Shown one piece after another: positions 9,682 through 19,768 of a stretch of DNA of 64,000 nt. A model generated the notes under the pieces. It was given only the letters and a program-made list of their open reading frames with translations, was not told the DNA's origin and did not search any database. The translations under genes were made by a program, and so were the position numbers. Position 1 is the first letter of the stretch. The number at the start of each line of letters is the position of its first letter. The DNA comes from an uncultured Gammaproteobacteria bacterium (GTDB lineage: Bacteria > Patescibacteriota > Microgenomatia > Levybacterales > GWA1-39-11). The stretch is taken from assembly GCA_964651815.1 (NCBI GenBank), contig CAZYWG010000002.1:92522-156521 (forward strand), read 5' to 3'.

Positions 9682-10313
9682 TAGAAGAAAATTTAACAAA
9701 ATATAAAGGTTCCTATTTGAACATAACCGTTCCAGGACTCGATATTGAGGAAAAATGGAAGTTGCTTGCGGACAATTTACCGCAACAGGTAGCCAAAACC
9801 GATTATAGGTTTGTAAGGTATGTAGCTGCGTCTTTGGGTGCCATTGTAATTTTAGTCATTATGACAGTTGGTGCGTCACAAGCTTCAAAACCGGGACAGG
9901 CATTATATGGTATAAAAAATCTGACGCAGCAATTTACGACACAGATATCCAATATTCCAACCGATATAGGAAAAATTTTTCCACGGTCTCTAAATAAAAC
10001 ATCAAATATCGGCAACTTAAATCTACAAGCCACGGCAAGTGCCAAGCCTACGGTTCATCCCACATCAACCAAAGAAAAGGATAATCACACCGACAATGAT
10101 CAAATACACGTGAATATTCGAACCATTGAACCAACGCTTACAATTCAACCACAAGAACATGGCAATTCAAACAATTCTGGCAAATCAAATGAAGAGCAAG
10201 TTAAAGGAGCAAGCACTCAAAACCAAAGCGCAAATGGACAAGGCAATTCTAATAACTCTAGTAGTGATAGTAGTAATGGAAGTGATCACGGGAATGACAG
10301 AAAGAACAAATAA
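9678..10313 (+). CDS. Putative anti-sigma factor, single TM (DUF5667-like motif)
   Basis: Overlaps the sigma stop; TM followed by ASKPGQALYGIK and a disordered tail. Confidence 0.6.
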   Translation: MIEENLTKYKGSYLNITVPGLDIEEKWKLLADNLPQQVAKTDYRFVRYVAASLGAIVILVIMTVGASQASKPGQALYGIKNLTQQFTTQISNIPTDIGKIFPRSLNKTSNIGNLNLQATASAKPTVHPTSTKEKDNHTDNDQIHVNIRTIEPTLTIQPQEHGNSNNSGKSNEEQVKGASTQNQSANGQGNSNNSSSDSSNGSDHGNDRKNK

Positions 10314-10329
10314 AAACCCTTGGAGGTAT

Positions 10330-10887
10330 CTAAAGCCCTGTGAGAGTGGCCCATTCAATATTAACCCCCATGATAACGTTGGCAAGTCTTTGATGTTCTA
10401 CCATAAGCCTCATTTCAAAAAGTTTGGTTACTGCAAAGAAATCTTTTAGCTCGGAAATTTTATTCTCGTGTCCAACAAATACTTCTCTTAGTTGTTCTAA
10501 CACATCACGCTCATACTGAGAAGCTGTCTCTGTAATTACCAGTTTTTCAAGATAAGAAATAATTTTCTTAAACTCGTCATGATCAAGCCAAATTCCTCCG
10601 CATTTTGCACACCTATCGATTTTTATCTTTGAATGCATATATTCCTGGGTAACCATTGCTTCACCATCTTTAGGACAAACTTTATGACTGGCTACAGAAG
10701 TGTATTTATTACCTTTATCTTCAAACATTTGAAAATCCATCCATCTTAGATCATCATCAGTTCTGTCTTTGGCTTTTCTTAGTTCGTCGTGATCAAACCA
10801 TATTCCGTGACAATTATGGCATTCATCAAGCTGTACGCCTTTGTAAGTATAATTTTTTAACTCGTGGTTACATGCTGGACAATTCAT
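10330..10887 (-). CDS. Tandem zf-TFIIB zinc-ribbon protein
   Basis: Two CPxC/D...CxxCxGIWxDxxE repeats; probable start MNCPAC at 10887. Confidence 0.85.
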   Translation of the reverse strand: MNCPACNHELKNYTYKGVQLDECHNCHGIWFDHDELRKAKDRTDDDLRWMDFQMFEDKGNKYTSVASHKVCPKDGEAMVTQEYMHSKIKIDRCAKCGGIWLDHDEFKKIISYLEKLVITETASQYERDVLEQLREVFVGHENKISELKDFFAVTKLFEMRLMVEHQRLANVIMGVNIEWATLTGL

Positions 10888-11170
10888 TTTAAGTATTATA
10901 TCAAATGACAATGTTATATGCCATTTATCCGAGCGAAGAAAAGACACATAGGCTTACCCCTTCAGTTTAGGACTGTTAACTTAGATTTATATAATAAACA
11001 TTTAAAACGCACGAGGTTAAAAAAATCCTATTTTGATGTACTGGATATGATTGTTTAGCCTGTCAAATCAAGCAGGAAGCTGCGGATAGTGGCATTTTTT
11101 GAGCTGCATGCTACCCTGCTACCTATTTAAGTGGCTTGATAGCACAAATTAATGTGCGTATACTGAGATC

Positions 11171-11812
11171 ATGATTGGAAAACATCTCGGAAAAATTATT
11201 ACCGTTCTTTTTTTACTTGTTTTTTGCTCGCTAATATCCACAAGAGCTTTTGCAGATGTCGCAACCGCAAATAGTTTAATACAATGCAAGTGGAATGAAG
11301 TAAAGGTTGATTGCACGGAAAATTCAACTGCGAAAGGCTGCTTGGATTACGTCAGGGAAATAAAAAGTCATTTTATTATTGACCCGGGCAGTACTCAAAG
11401 CCAATATTGTAAGAATGCATCGCTAGGTGATATTTTAACAATACTAAAAGATAAAATTGTTATAATTATTCCTCCTTTACTTGTTACTGTTATTCTGGAA
11501 GTTTTGGTTTTTTTGCTTGCAGGATTTAGAAATAAAAAGGAACTAATTTCGGTTGTTATTGCGAATTGTATATCTTTACCCTCGTTTATTTTGTCGTTCA
11601 GTTTCATTCCACTGGGAAAGGGGGAATCACTTATACTTTCTATTTTGATCCGAGAATTTTTGGTAGTTATGTTTGAGATATGTTTTTTAATTTTCGTTGC
11701 AAAGTTTCAAAAAAGATTAAAAACCATATTAACAACTTCAGTTGCAAACTTCGTATCAGCCTCTTTGGGAAGTTTTTTGTTAATTTATTTTACTAGTATT
11801 TTAAAGGGTTAA
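11171..11812 (+). CDS. Hypothetical membrane protein
   Basis: Signal-like N-terminus, Cys-rich loop and about four C-terminal TM helices. Confidence 0.7.
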   Translation: MIGKHLGKIITVLFLLVFCSLISTRAFADVATANSLIQCKWNEVKVDCTENSTAKGCLDYVREIKSHFIIDPGSTQSQYCKNASLGDILTILKDKIVIIIPPLLVTVILEVLVFLLAGFRNKKELISVVIANCISLPSFILSFSFIPLGKGESLILSILIREFLVVMFEICFLIFVAKFQKRLKTILTTSVANFVSASLGSFLLIYFTSILKG

Positions 11813-11836
11813 TAGAAAATACCTCACCCCTTATGC

Positions 11837-13456
11837 TCACTCAGTCCCATACTTTAAGTAGAACTTGTTTACAAAAAGCTCGTTTGGATCTACTTGTCGT
11901 TTTAGAGCGAAAAATGAATCAGTGTTAGGATACGAAGCTTTCAATTGATCTCTGGTGTAGTAAAGCTGGTAGGGAAGATAAAATGTTCCGCCCATTTTAT
12001 TACTAAAATCAATAAGTTCTTTTGTGACCTTATTCATTTTTTGATTTGCCTCAGGAGTCGTCTCTTGATTTATATATAAAACGAGTGCAAACATATCTTC
12101 AGGTGCATAATTTAAAATGATATCTTCTTTATTTACTACTCTAATACTTGCATTAATTACATTTGATTGATTTTGCTTAAGAATATCCCTAACTCCATCA
12201 ATAAATGGAACGAATTCGTTTCTTGGAAAAAAGTACTCTTGCAAAATATCTGTGTCATTTTTCAAATCGTTATTAAGATATTTATCTGAGTCATGCATGA
12301 GTTGATTCCGAGATATTAAACAACCTTCTGGTTCACTCATTGCTTGATTTCTTGATATATAACAACTCTGGAAATATGGCTCAACATATTTTGCAGAAAG
12401 CCATTCTATCTCTTTACCTAGTGATCCTGTTTTTGCCAAATTGAGAATAAAGCGGCGGACTTTTACCTGACTTCGTTCGCGTAATGTAGGAAGTTGATCA
12501 GAAAAACCCTTCACAGTTACATATTTATAAATAATCATATCCTTAAAATAGGATTGGGGTGTTAAGGAAAAATGTCCATATGCTAGTCCAACTGAATCAC
12601 TATTCGCTATAGTATTCTGATAAATCTTCGGAAAATCTTGATAATTTATTACTCGTCTTTCTTCTTTGTACATAACATTGTCAGTAAGGTCAATTTGAGC
12701 ATCAAGAATAACTCCAAATAATCCATAACCTCCAATTACCGCCTTGAATAAATGGGGGTTTTGTGTCCTGCTGAGTGTTTGGATATTTCCGTTAGTATCA
12801 ATTAACCTAAGAGAGCGAATTGTTGAGGAGATCGAACCTACTCTATTATCCATCCCGTGAGCATTTACGGAAATTGTCCCACCAACAGTAAATATATCAA
12901 CAGATTGCATAGATTTTACCGCAAGATTCTCAGGATTTAGAAAATTTTGGATATCATGCCATGTTGCCCCACTTTGTGTAGTTAATATTTTATTTTCTTT
13001 ATCTAGGGACAACTTATTAAATCCGGTCATATCTAATACCAGAGCATCTTTTGCAAACGCCTGTCCCCCCATGCTATGTCTTACTCCCGCAATTGAAACT
13101 TTCAGATTATTATCTTGGGCGAATATAATAGCGTTCTTAATATCATCAACAGAATGTACTTTTACTATTCCATAAATACTTGTTCTGTTGAGGCAACTTG
13201 CATCATTAATTGTTCCACCTCTTTGAAAAAAAGGAATAAACCGTTTTAGTTGCGAAAATCTAACTGCCAATTTATAAGAAACACTTATAGAATCACCAGG
13301 AAGTAGTGGCGAACAATCTTTTTCCACGACAGGATCTGCAGAAAAATACTCTATCTTTTTTATTATTCCAATTACAAAAATTGTCACCACTAAAAAAGGC
13401 ACTATTAAAAAATATCTTGGAATTGTCTTTTTTCGCTTTTTAAATAATTTCGGCAT
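11837..13456 (-). CDS. Membrane-anchored FAD-binding oxidoreductase (FAD_binding_4/ALO-type)
   Basis: AGVRHSMGGQ, TVGGTISVNAHG, GGYGLFG, GGTFYLPYQ and K...DP motifs; N-terminal TM. Confidence 0.88.
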   Translation of the reverse strand: MPKLFKKRKKTIPRYFLIVPFLVVTIFVIGIIKKIEYFSADPVVEKDCSPLLPGDSISVSYKLAVRFSQLKRFIPFFQRGGTINDASCLNRTSIYGIVKVHSVDDIKNAIIFAQDNNLKVSIAGVRHSMGGQAFAKDALVLDMTGFNKLSLDKENKILTTQSGATWHDIQNFLNPENLAVKSMQSVDIFTVGGTISVNAHGMDNRVGSISSTIRSLRLIDTNGNIQTLSRTQNPHLFKAVIGGYGLFGVILDAQIDLTDNVMYKEERRVINYQDFPKIYQNTIANSDSVGLAYGHFSLTPQSYFKDMIIYKYVTVKGFSDQLPTLRERSQVKVRRFILNLAKTGSLGKEIEWLSAKYVEPYFQSCYISRNQAMSEPEGCLISRNQLMHDSDKYLNNDLKNDTDILQEYFFPRNEFVPFIDGVRDILKQNQSNVINASIRVVNKEDIILNYAPEDMFALVLYINQETTPEANQKMNKVTKELIDFSNKMGGTFYLPYQLYYTRDQLKASYPNTDSFFALKRQVDPNELFVNKFYLKYGTE

Positions 13457-13506
13457 TAATTCCAGTATGTTATTTAGATTATCGGGAGTCAATATTTGAA
13501 TATATT

Positions 13507-16236
13507 CTATGCGGGGAGATTAGGGTAGTGGCATTTTTTCCATTTCTTTCCACTTTTACACCAGCAGGGGTCGTTGCGGCCGAGTTTTTTAACCGAACCG
13601 TCCGAACTCTCAATCTTTTTTTTGCCCTTCTTTTCTTCTTTAGCCTTTGCTGCTTCAGTGCCAATTTCCGACTCCGGAGTATTGGTAATTGCGTTTTGTG
13701 GGACAGTCACCACTTGTTGGGGGACAATCTCGGCAAGATTCACACGGAACGCACGATGACTTATTTCATCATCAACATTTCCAACCAAACGCTCAAACAT
13801 ACCAAAAGATTCATTTTTGTATTCAACCAGAGGATCACGTTGCGCATAACCTCTGAGTCCAATTCCAGTCCTAAGATCTTCCATTGCAGTTAAATGTTCC
13901 ATCCATAAATTATCTATTGTTGAAAGTGCAATCATTTTATAAACTTGGGCCAATTGATCACGCCCAAATTGATCCTCCCAAGTTTTTATTAATTGCCGGG
14001 GAATTCCGAGTAAAAATTCTGTCACTTTATCTGCTTCTTTAAATTGTTCTATTTGCTGGTGTAAATGTCCGCGAGAATGCTCATCAAACGGAATAATATT
14101 TGCAAATTCATCTATCACGGCTTTTCTCCCGTCAGTTACTCCCTCCGCAAACAAATTAAATTGAACTATAGCGGTAATTGATGTATCCACTTTTTGCATC
14201 ACAAAATCGATGATATCCTCCTTATTTCCAACTATAGCTTGCCGCATTTTGTAAATAATTTCTCTCTGTTTATTGAGAACGTCATCATAATCAAGCAAAT
14301 TTTTTCTCATTTCAAAATTAAAACCCTCCACTTTTACTTGCGCCTGCTCAAGGACTCTTGAAACAAGACCGTGGGCCAAAGGCTGGTCCTCGGGAAAATT
14401 AAATCTGGTCATAAGACCAGAGATTTGTTCGCCGCCAAAAACGCGCATTAAATCATCTTCCAAAGATACAATAAACATAGAACGGCCCGGATCTCCTTGC
14501 CGGCCGGCGCGTCCCCGCAACTGATTATCAATTCGGCGGGATTCATGTTTTTCAGTACCAATAACATAAAGTCCTCCGGCATCTTTGACTTTTTCATGTT
14601 CTGTTTCCCAGGCTTTTAAATCGCTTTCGAACTTTTTTTCGCCCGCCTTCCCTGCATACGCAACGTCAAATTTTGACGGTGGTTGCCCACCAAGAATTAT
14701 GTCAACCCCACGTCCCGCCATATTTGTTGCTACAGTAACAGCAGCAAGACGGCCTGCATCTTTTATAATCATTGCCTCCCTAACGTGATTTTTAGCATTG
14801 AGGACTTCATGCTTTATATTTTTGCGTTTTAAGTATTCTGCGATTATTTCATTTTTATCAATTGATGTAGTACCAACCAATACCGGTTGTCCCCGCTTAT
14901 TTGCCTCTTCAATTTCATTAACAATTGCAGCAACTTTTGCGTGTGTTGTCTTATAAATTTGGTCATCTATATCTTTTCTCACCATATCCTTGTGTGTTGG
15001 AATAACGACAACATCAAGCTTATAAATTTTTTGGAATTCTTCAGCTTCAGTAACAGCAGTCCCGGTCATACCGCCGAGCTTTTCATACATTCTGAAATAA
15101 TTTTGAAGTGAAACTGTAGCTAGTGTCTTAGATTCCTGTTGAATAGCAACATTTTCTTTTGCTTCAATTGCCTGGTGTAAACCTTCGGATAAACGACGGC
15201 CTTCAAGTAAACGCCCGGTAAACTCATCAACTAAAATTACTTGATTGTCGCGGACAATGTAGTCACGATCTTTGTGAAAAAGCGTATTTGCTTTAAGGGC
15301 AGCTTCTATATGATAAACCGTATCAAAATCTTTCTCGTAAATATCCTTTACCTTATAAAGCTTCTCGATTTTCTCAATTCCTTGGTCTGTCAAATGGGCG
15401 GAGCGCTGTTTTTCATCAATTTTGTAGTCTATCTCAGTTGTTAATTTATCAACAATGTGCGCATATTCATAATATTTTTGGGAGGGAGTTGCGTCCGGCA
15501 TTGAAATAATATGAGGCGTCCTTGCTTCATCAATTAAAACCGAATCCACCTCATCAATCACGGCAAAGAAGTGGTCTGTTTGGACCATTTGTGATGGGTC
15601 ATTTACCATATTGTCGCGAAGATAATCAAACCCAAATTCAGAATTTATTCCGTAAACTATATTTGCCTGGTACGCTTCTTTTCTTGTAACGGGTTTTAAG
15701 TGGATCAAACGATAGTCTGATGCATTATTATCTGTATATTCTGTGTCATACAAAAATGAGGCTTCTGAAATTATTGTGGATGTTGTCATTCCAAGAAAGG
15801 CAAAAATTGCGCCCATCCAGCCTGCGTCCCTGCGCGCCAAATAGTCATTAACCGTAACTAGATGAACTGTGGCTCCCGTTAGCGCGTTGAGGTATAGGGC
15901 AGGGACAGCTGAAAGAGTTTTGCCCTCTCCCGTTTTTTGCTCTGCAACTTTTCCTTGGGCAAGTGCTGTTGCCGCCATAAGTTGAACATCATAGGGTTTC
16001 AAGCCTACACTTCTTGAAGCGGCTTCTCGGACAAGAGCAAAGGCTTCCGGCAGCAATAAAAAAATGCTTTCGCCATTGGCAATTCTTTTTTTAAATTCTT
16101 CAGTTTTCTTTGGAAAATCCGAATCTTTTAATTTCTTAATTTTTTCTTCTTGCGAGTTGATTTCAGTGATAATAGGCAGAAGACTTTTTATCTCTTTTTC
16201 GTTTGAATCAAAAAGCTTGGATAGAATATTGAGCAT
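13507..16236 (-). CDS. secA: Preprotein translocase ATPase SecA
   Basis: KTGEGKT, VTVNDYLA, DEVD, ATNMAGRG, QLRGRAGRQG motifs and C-terminal SEC-C (GRNDPCWCKSGKKWKKCH). Confidence 0.98.
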   Translation of the reverse strand: MLNILSKLFDSNEKEIKSLLPIITEINSQEEKIKKLKDSDFPKKTEEFKKRIANGESIFLLLPEAFALVREAASRSVGLKPYDVQLMAATALAQGKVAEQKTGEGKTLSAVPALYLNALTGATVHLVTVNDYLARRDAGWMGAIFAFLGMTTSTIISEASFLYDTEYTDNNASDYRLIHLKPVTRKEAYQANIVYGINSEFGFDYLRDNMVNDPSQMVQTDHFFAVIDEVDSVLIDEARTPHIISMPDATPSQKYYEYAHIVDKLTTEIDYKIDEKQRSAHLTDQGIEKIEKLYKVKDIYEKDFDTVYHIEAALKANTLFHKDRDYIVRDNQVILVDEFTGRLLEGRRLSEGLHQAIEAKENVAIQQESKTLATVSLQNYFRMYEKLGGMTGTAVTEAEEFQKIYKLDVVVIPTHKDMVRKDIDDQIYKTTHAKVAAIVNEIEEANKRGQPVLVGTTSIDKNEIIAEYLKRKNIKHEVLNAKNHVREAMIIKDAGRLAAVTVATNMAGRGVDIILGGQPPSKFDVAYAGKAGEKKFESDLKAWETEHEKVKDAGGLYVIGTEKHESRRIDNQLRGRAGRQGDPGRSMFIVSLEDDLMRVFGGEQISGLMTRFNFPEDQPLAHGLVSRVLEQAQVKVEGFNFEMRKNLLDYDDVLNKQREIIYKMRQAIVGNKEDIIDFVMQKVDTSITAIVQFNLFAEGVTDGRKAVIDEFANIIPFDEHSRGHLHQQIEQFKEADKVTEFLLGIPRQLIKTWEDQFGRDQLAQVYKMIALSTIDNLWMEHLTAMEDLRTGIGLRGYAQRDPLVEYKNESFGMFERLVGNVDDEISHRAFRVNLAEIVPQQVVTVPQNAITNTPESEIGTEAAKAKEEKKGKKKIESSDGSVKKLGRNDPCWCKSGKKWKKCHYPNLPA

Positions 16237-16285
16237 AGTTAATCTCGAACTTAAATTTTACCATAAATCAGGCAAAAATGCCCAC

Positions 16286-16327
16286 AAAAAAAGTTCTACC
16301 CCTCGTCATTACTGAAAAGGGGTAGAA
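16286..16327 (-). terminator. Intrinsic terminator after the poly-Lys micro-ORF
   Basis: TTCTACCCCT-14 nt-AGGGGTAGAA-C-T7. Confidence 0.85.
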
Positions 16328-16390
16328 ACCAATTGATCAATTGGTCCGAGTCTAACTCGGCCAACCGAGAAAATAAACTAATTACTTAGC

Positions 16391-16426
16391 TTATTTCTTC
16401 TTTTTCTTTGCTTTTTTCTTTGCCAT
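16391..16426 (-). CDS. Poly-lysine micro-ORF MAKKKAKKKKK (11 aa)
   Basis: Strong SD AAGGGAGGTG 9 nt before ATG; upstream TTGACA near 16514-16519; downstream terminator. Confidence 0.75.
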   Translation of the reverse strand: MAKKKAKKKKK

Positions 16427-16706
16427 GTTGGTGAACACCTCCCTTCATTTTTCGATAAAATCGAAATTGGGTGTAAATTAATGGTTGCGAAAATAGAAAA
16501 AATTGTCAAGGAAAATACCCTGCTTCAAAAGTGGTAATTTAGATTGATAATACAACAAAAATCACAAACTGGATTTATTGCTTTTTTAATAGATTTTGAG
16601 GCTAAAAATATGCAAAAATTTACGCACGAAAATTTAAAAAATTCATAATTTTTTAATAAATCTGAGTTTTTGAATGGATTATACTAAAATCCGGAGCTTT
16701 TTTTTG

Positions 16707-17942
16707 CTAAATTTTGGGGGAAATTTTGTCAATATTAATGTAGTTTCTTAAGACTTCCGGAATGACAACAGACCCATCTTCTTCTTGAAAATTTTCAAGA
16801 ATAGCAATTAAAGTACGGCCAATTGCAAATCCTGTTGCATTTAAGGTGTGAACGAATTCTTTCCCTCCTGCGCTTTGAAATTTTATATTCAAGCTTCTTG
16901 CTTGAAAATCAGTTAGTGTTGACGCCGATGTCATTTCGCGATATTTTTCTTGTGTTGGAATCCACGCCTCAATGTCAAATTTACGCGCCTGAACAAAACC
17001 CAAATCCCCGGTGCACATTTTAATCACTTGATAAGGAATCCCGAGTGCCTGAAATAATTTTTCCTCAATTGCGAGTAAATGTTTTTGCTCGGAATCACTC
17101 TGTAAAGGCGTTGTGTAAGAAACGAGTTCAACTTTATCAAATTGATGGACGCGTAAAATTCCACGTGTATCTTTCCCATAAGACCCAGCCTCTCTTCTAA
17201 AAGCTGACGAGAAAGCAACGTATCTTTTTGGGAGTTCTGACTCCCGAAAAGTTTCATCCATATGCATAGCAACTGTTGAATGCTCTGCTGTTCCAACTAA
17301 AGTAAGTCCATCCTTTTCCACATGGAACATATCCTCGTCTCCTCCATGCTCCATATATCCAAGCCTTTTCATAACATCTGTCTTTATAAGTTCTGGTGGA
17401 ATAACAGGGGTAAACCCTTCCTTCATCAAAAAATCAAAAGCAAATTGCGAAAGCGCAAATTCCAATAGAACACCTTCGTTTTTAAGATAAGCAAACCTTG
17501 CCCCGGAAACTTTTGCTGCGCGGTCTATGTCTATAATATCAAGCAATTGTCCTAGCTCTACATGATCTTTGGGTTTAAAACTAAATTTTCTTAACTCGCC
17601 ATGTGTTTTAACAACGTCATTTTCATTTTCATCCCGCCCTACTTTTACGTCCTCAGCAGGCATATTAGGAACGCTCCACAATAAATTATTCAAGCGCTCT
17701 TCTATTTCTTTTAATTTCGCTTCTTGGGATCCTACTTCAGCTTTTACTTCCCTGCCACCTTCGATATCTCTCTCTTTTGCGGCGCGGTTTCTTTGTGTAT
17801 ACAACTCCTGAAGAGCTTGGGATAATTCGCGTCGTTCCTCATCCAACCTAATAATCTCTTCAACCGGAATATCTATATTTTTACTTTTTGCACCTTCTGC
17901 CACTTTCTCAGGATTTTCGCGTATGAATTTTAAGTCGAGCAT
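16707..17942 (-). CDS. serS: Serine-tRNA ligase
   Basis: MLDLKFIREN, GTAE, FRREAGSYGKDTRG and HTLNAT motifs. Confidence 0.98.
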   Translation of the reverse strand: MLDLKFIRENPEKVAEGAKSKNIDIPVEEIIRLDEERRELSQALQELYTQRNRAAKERDIEGGREVKAEVGSQEAKLKEIEERLNNLLWSVPNMPAEDVKVGRDENENDVVKTHGELRKFSFKPKDHVELGQLLDIIDIDRAAKVSGARFAYLKNEGVLLEFALSQFAFDFLMKEGFTPVIPPELIKTDVMKRLGYMEHGGDEDMFHVEKDGLTLVGTAEHSTVAMHMDETFRESELPKRYVAFSSAFRREAGSYGKDTRGILRVHQFDKVELVSYTTPLQSDSEQKHLLAIEEKLFQALGIPYQVIKMCTGDLGFVQARKFDIEAWIPTQEKYREMTSASTLTDFQARSLNIKFQSAGGKEFVHTLNATGFAIGRTLIAILENFQEEDGSVVIPEVLRNYINIDKISPKI

Positions 17943-17960
17943 AAAGTGATTATAGCATGT

Positions 17961-18506
17961 TTATCCGAGGCTATCTAATAATTTTTTAAAGTTTATCAGC
18001 GCGCGGGCCCTGTGAGAAACCTCATTTTTAACATTCTCTTCCATTTCTCCAAATGTCTGGTCATATCCGTCAGGAATTATATAAGGATCAAAACCCCAAC
18101 CGCTACTACCCCTCTTTTCAACAACTTTACCAACAAACGAGCCATCAATAGTGTGAATTTTTTTCCCATCATGATATGCGACAGTAGCAATTATTTTGAC
18201 ACGTTTATCATTTTCGCCCTTTAACATTTTTACTAAAAGTTCATATCCTCCTGCTTCAGGGATAAATTTTATAAATGGCCCGGGAAAACCATTCCAAGCA
18301 AAAACTTCAAGACTTACATCATCAACAAATACGGGTTTTTTAATTTTCTCGAATGCTTGTTGTACTTTGTGCTCTACAATTTTTTTAGAATCGAGACTTT
18401 GGATTTCGTCGAGTTCAATATTTACAATTTCAATGGGAAACCTTAATATTTTTGATGCTTCATCTGCCTTTCCCTTATTACTTGTCGCAAAATATAACTT
18501 TTTCAT
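17961..18506 (-). CDS. rdgB: Non-canonical purine NTP pyrophosphatase (HAM1/RdgB)
   Basis: FATSNKGK, GFPGP, FDP and SHR motifs. Confidence 0.92.
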   Translation of the reverse strand: MKKLYFATSNKGKADEASKILRFPIEIVNIELDEIQSLDSKKIVEHKVQQAFEKIKKPVFVDDVSLEVFAWNGFPGPFIKFIPEAGGYELLVKMLKGENDKRVKIIATVAYHDGKKIHTIDGSFVGKVVEKRGSSGWGFDPYIIPDGYDQTFGEMEENVKNEVSHRARALINFKKLLDSLG

Positions 18507-18548
18507 TTATCTCTTGAATACAATACTTTTAACCATGATAATTAAAGA

Positions 18549-19754
18549 ATGTCAAGCGAAGAAAATCTATTACTAAAATTTTTGGGGTTATATTTTTTAG
18601 TAAGCGCACTTGCGGGGATTTTTCTAAGTGTTTATTTATTTAAGCTTGGCGGCTTTTCCGCCGTAGCAAAATTCGGATTGGTATCCCTTACTTTTTTGTT
18701 CATTTTCTATATAGCATCGGGTTATTTTCTAAAAAAGTATTCTCAAATTACATTAATAAGGATCGGGTTGATTTTTGCTGTCATTTTTTACTTTCTTATT
18801 TTTATCTTAAAAAATAACTCCATCCACTATTTATTACCTCTTGCCGCTTTAAGTGGAATTGCGGGCGGCAATTTCTGGCCTGGATTTAATCTTTCACAAT
18901 ATATTGCAACACACACAAAAACAAGGAACGAATATTTTGGAAAACAGAATTTCATTTTAAATATCGCGAACTCTGGGGGCCCTTTAATGGGAGGGGCAAT
19001 AATTTTATTGTTTGCAAATTTTGGAAATAAGGACTTTGGGTATAGCTTTCTATTCTTAATTGTTGCAATACTTTTTTTATTTTTGTTTATCTTTTTAAGA
19101 GATACAACAAAACATACCGGGTCGTCTTTTTCAGTTAGGCAAATTATAAAACATAAAAGGGCAACTGCATGGAAAATAGTTTTAGCTCAACAATTTACGT
19201 ACGGGCTTTTTGATAATACGTTTAACACTTTCTCCGCGGTCCTTATTTTTCTGATAGTCAAACAAGAGTTTAATCTGGGAATAGTCAATAGTCTTCAGGC
19301 AATTGTTTACGCTGTATCAAGTATTATTGCAATCAAAATACTTAATAAGAAGGAGTACGCTTTTGCGCTGGGGACGTTTTTTGCATTCTTGGGCCTTGCT
19401 ATATTTGGTCTAGAGCAAAATTTAATAGGTATTATTGCATTAATCGCAATCTACTACATTTTTATGCCACTTCTTAATATTTCTACATCAAAGTTACTTT
19501 ATGATGTTATAGATAGTCAAAAGGAAAATTGGACATCCAAATATTATTTTTTAGTTGAGCGTGACAGCGTTCTTGGTTTTGCAAGAATTATTACATACGC
19601 AATTTTATTTTTTCTTTTGAAAGGAAATAATAACCCTCAAGTAGCAAAATCTTGGATACTTATCATTCCTATATTTCCACTCATTATTGGTATGCTCCAA
19701 CTATATTACAAAATTGTTGTCACAAATAAAAACTTGAAGTCCGCCGAAAATTAA
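18549..19754 (+). CDS. MFS transporter
   Basis: About 12 TM helices in two halves. Confidence 0.8.
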   Translation: MSSEENLLLKFLGLYFLVSALAGIFLSVYLFKLGGFSAVAKFGLVSLTFLFIFYIASGYFLKKYSQITLIRIGLIFAVIFYFLIFILKNNSIHYLLPLAALSGIAGGNFWPGFNLSQYIATHTKTRNEYFGKQNFILNIANSGGPLMGGAIILLFANFGNKDFGYSFLFLIVAILFLFLFIFLRDTTKHTGSSFSVRQIIKHKRATAWKIVLAQQFTYGLFDNTFNTFSAVLIFLIVKQEFNLGIVNSLQAIVYAVSSIIAIKILNKKEYAFALGTFFAFLGLAIFGLEQNLIGIIALIAIYYIFMPLLNISTSKLLYDVIDSQKENWTSKYYFLVERDSVLGFARIITYAILFFLLKGNNNPQVAKSWILIIPIFPLIIGMLQLYYKIVVTNKNLKSAEN

Positions 19755-19768
19755 AAGATAATACGTTT

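Noticed and set aside
13479-13664. Basic ORF MALKQQRLKKKRRAKK...
   Set aside because: Alternate frame over the A-rich secA 3' end, with no SD or promoter evidence.
16530-16706. AT-rich gap downstream of serS as an origin or ncRNA
   Set aside because: No clear DnaA-box cluster or stable structure visible.
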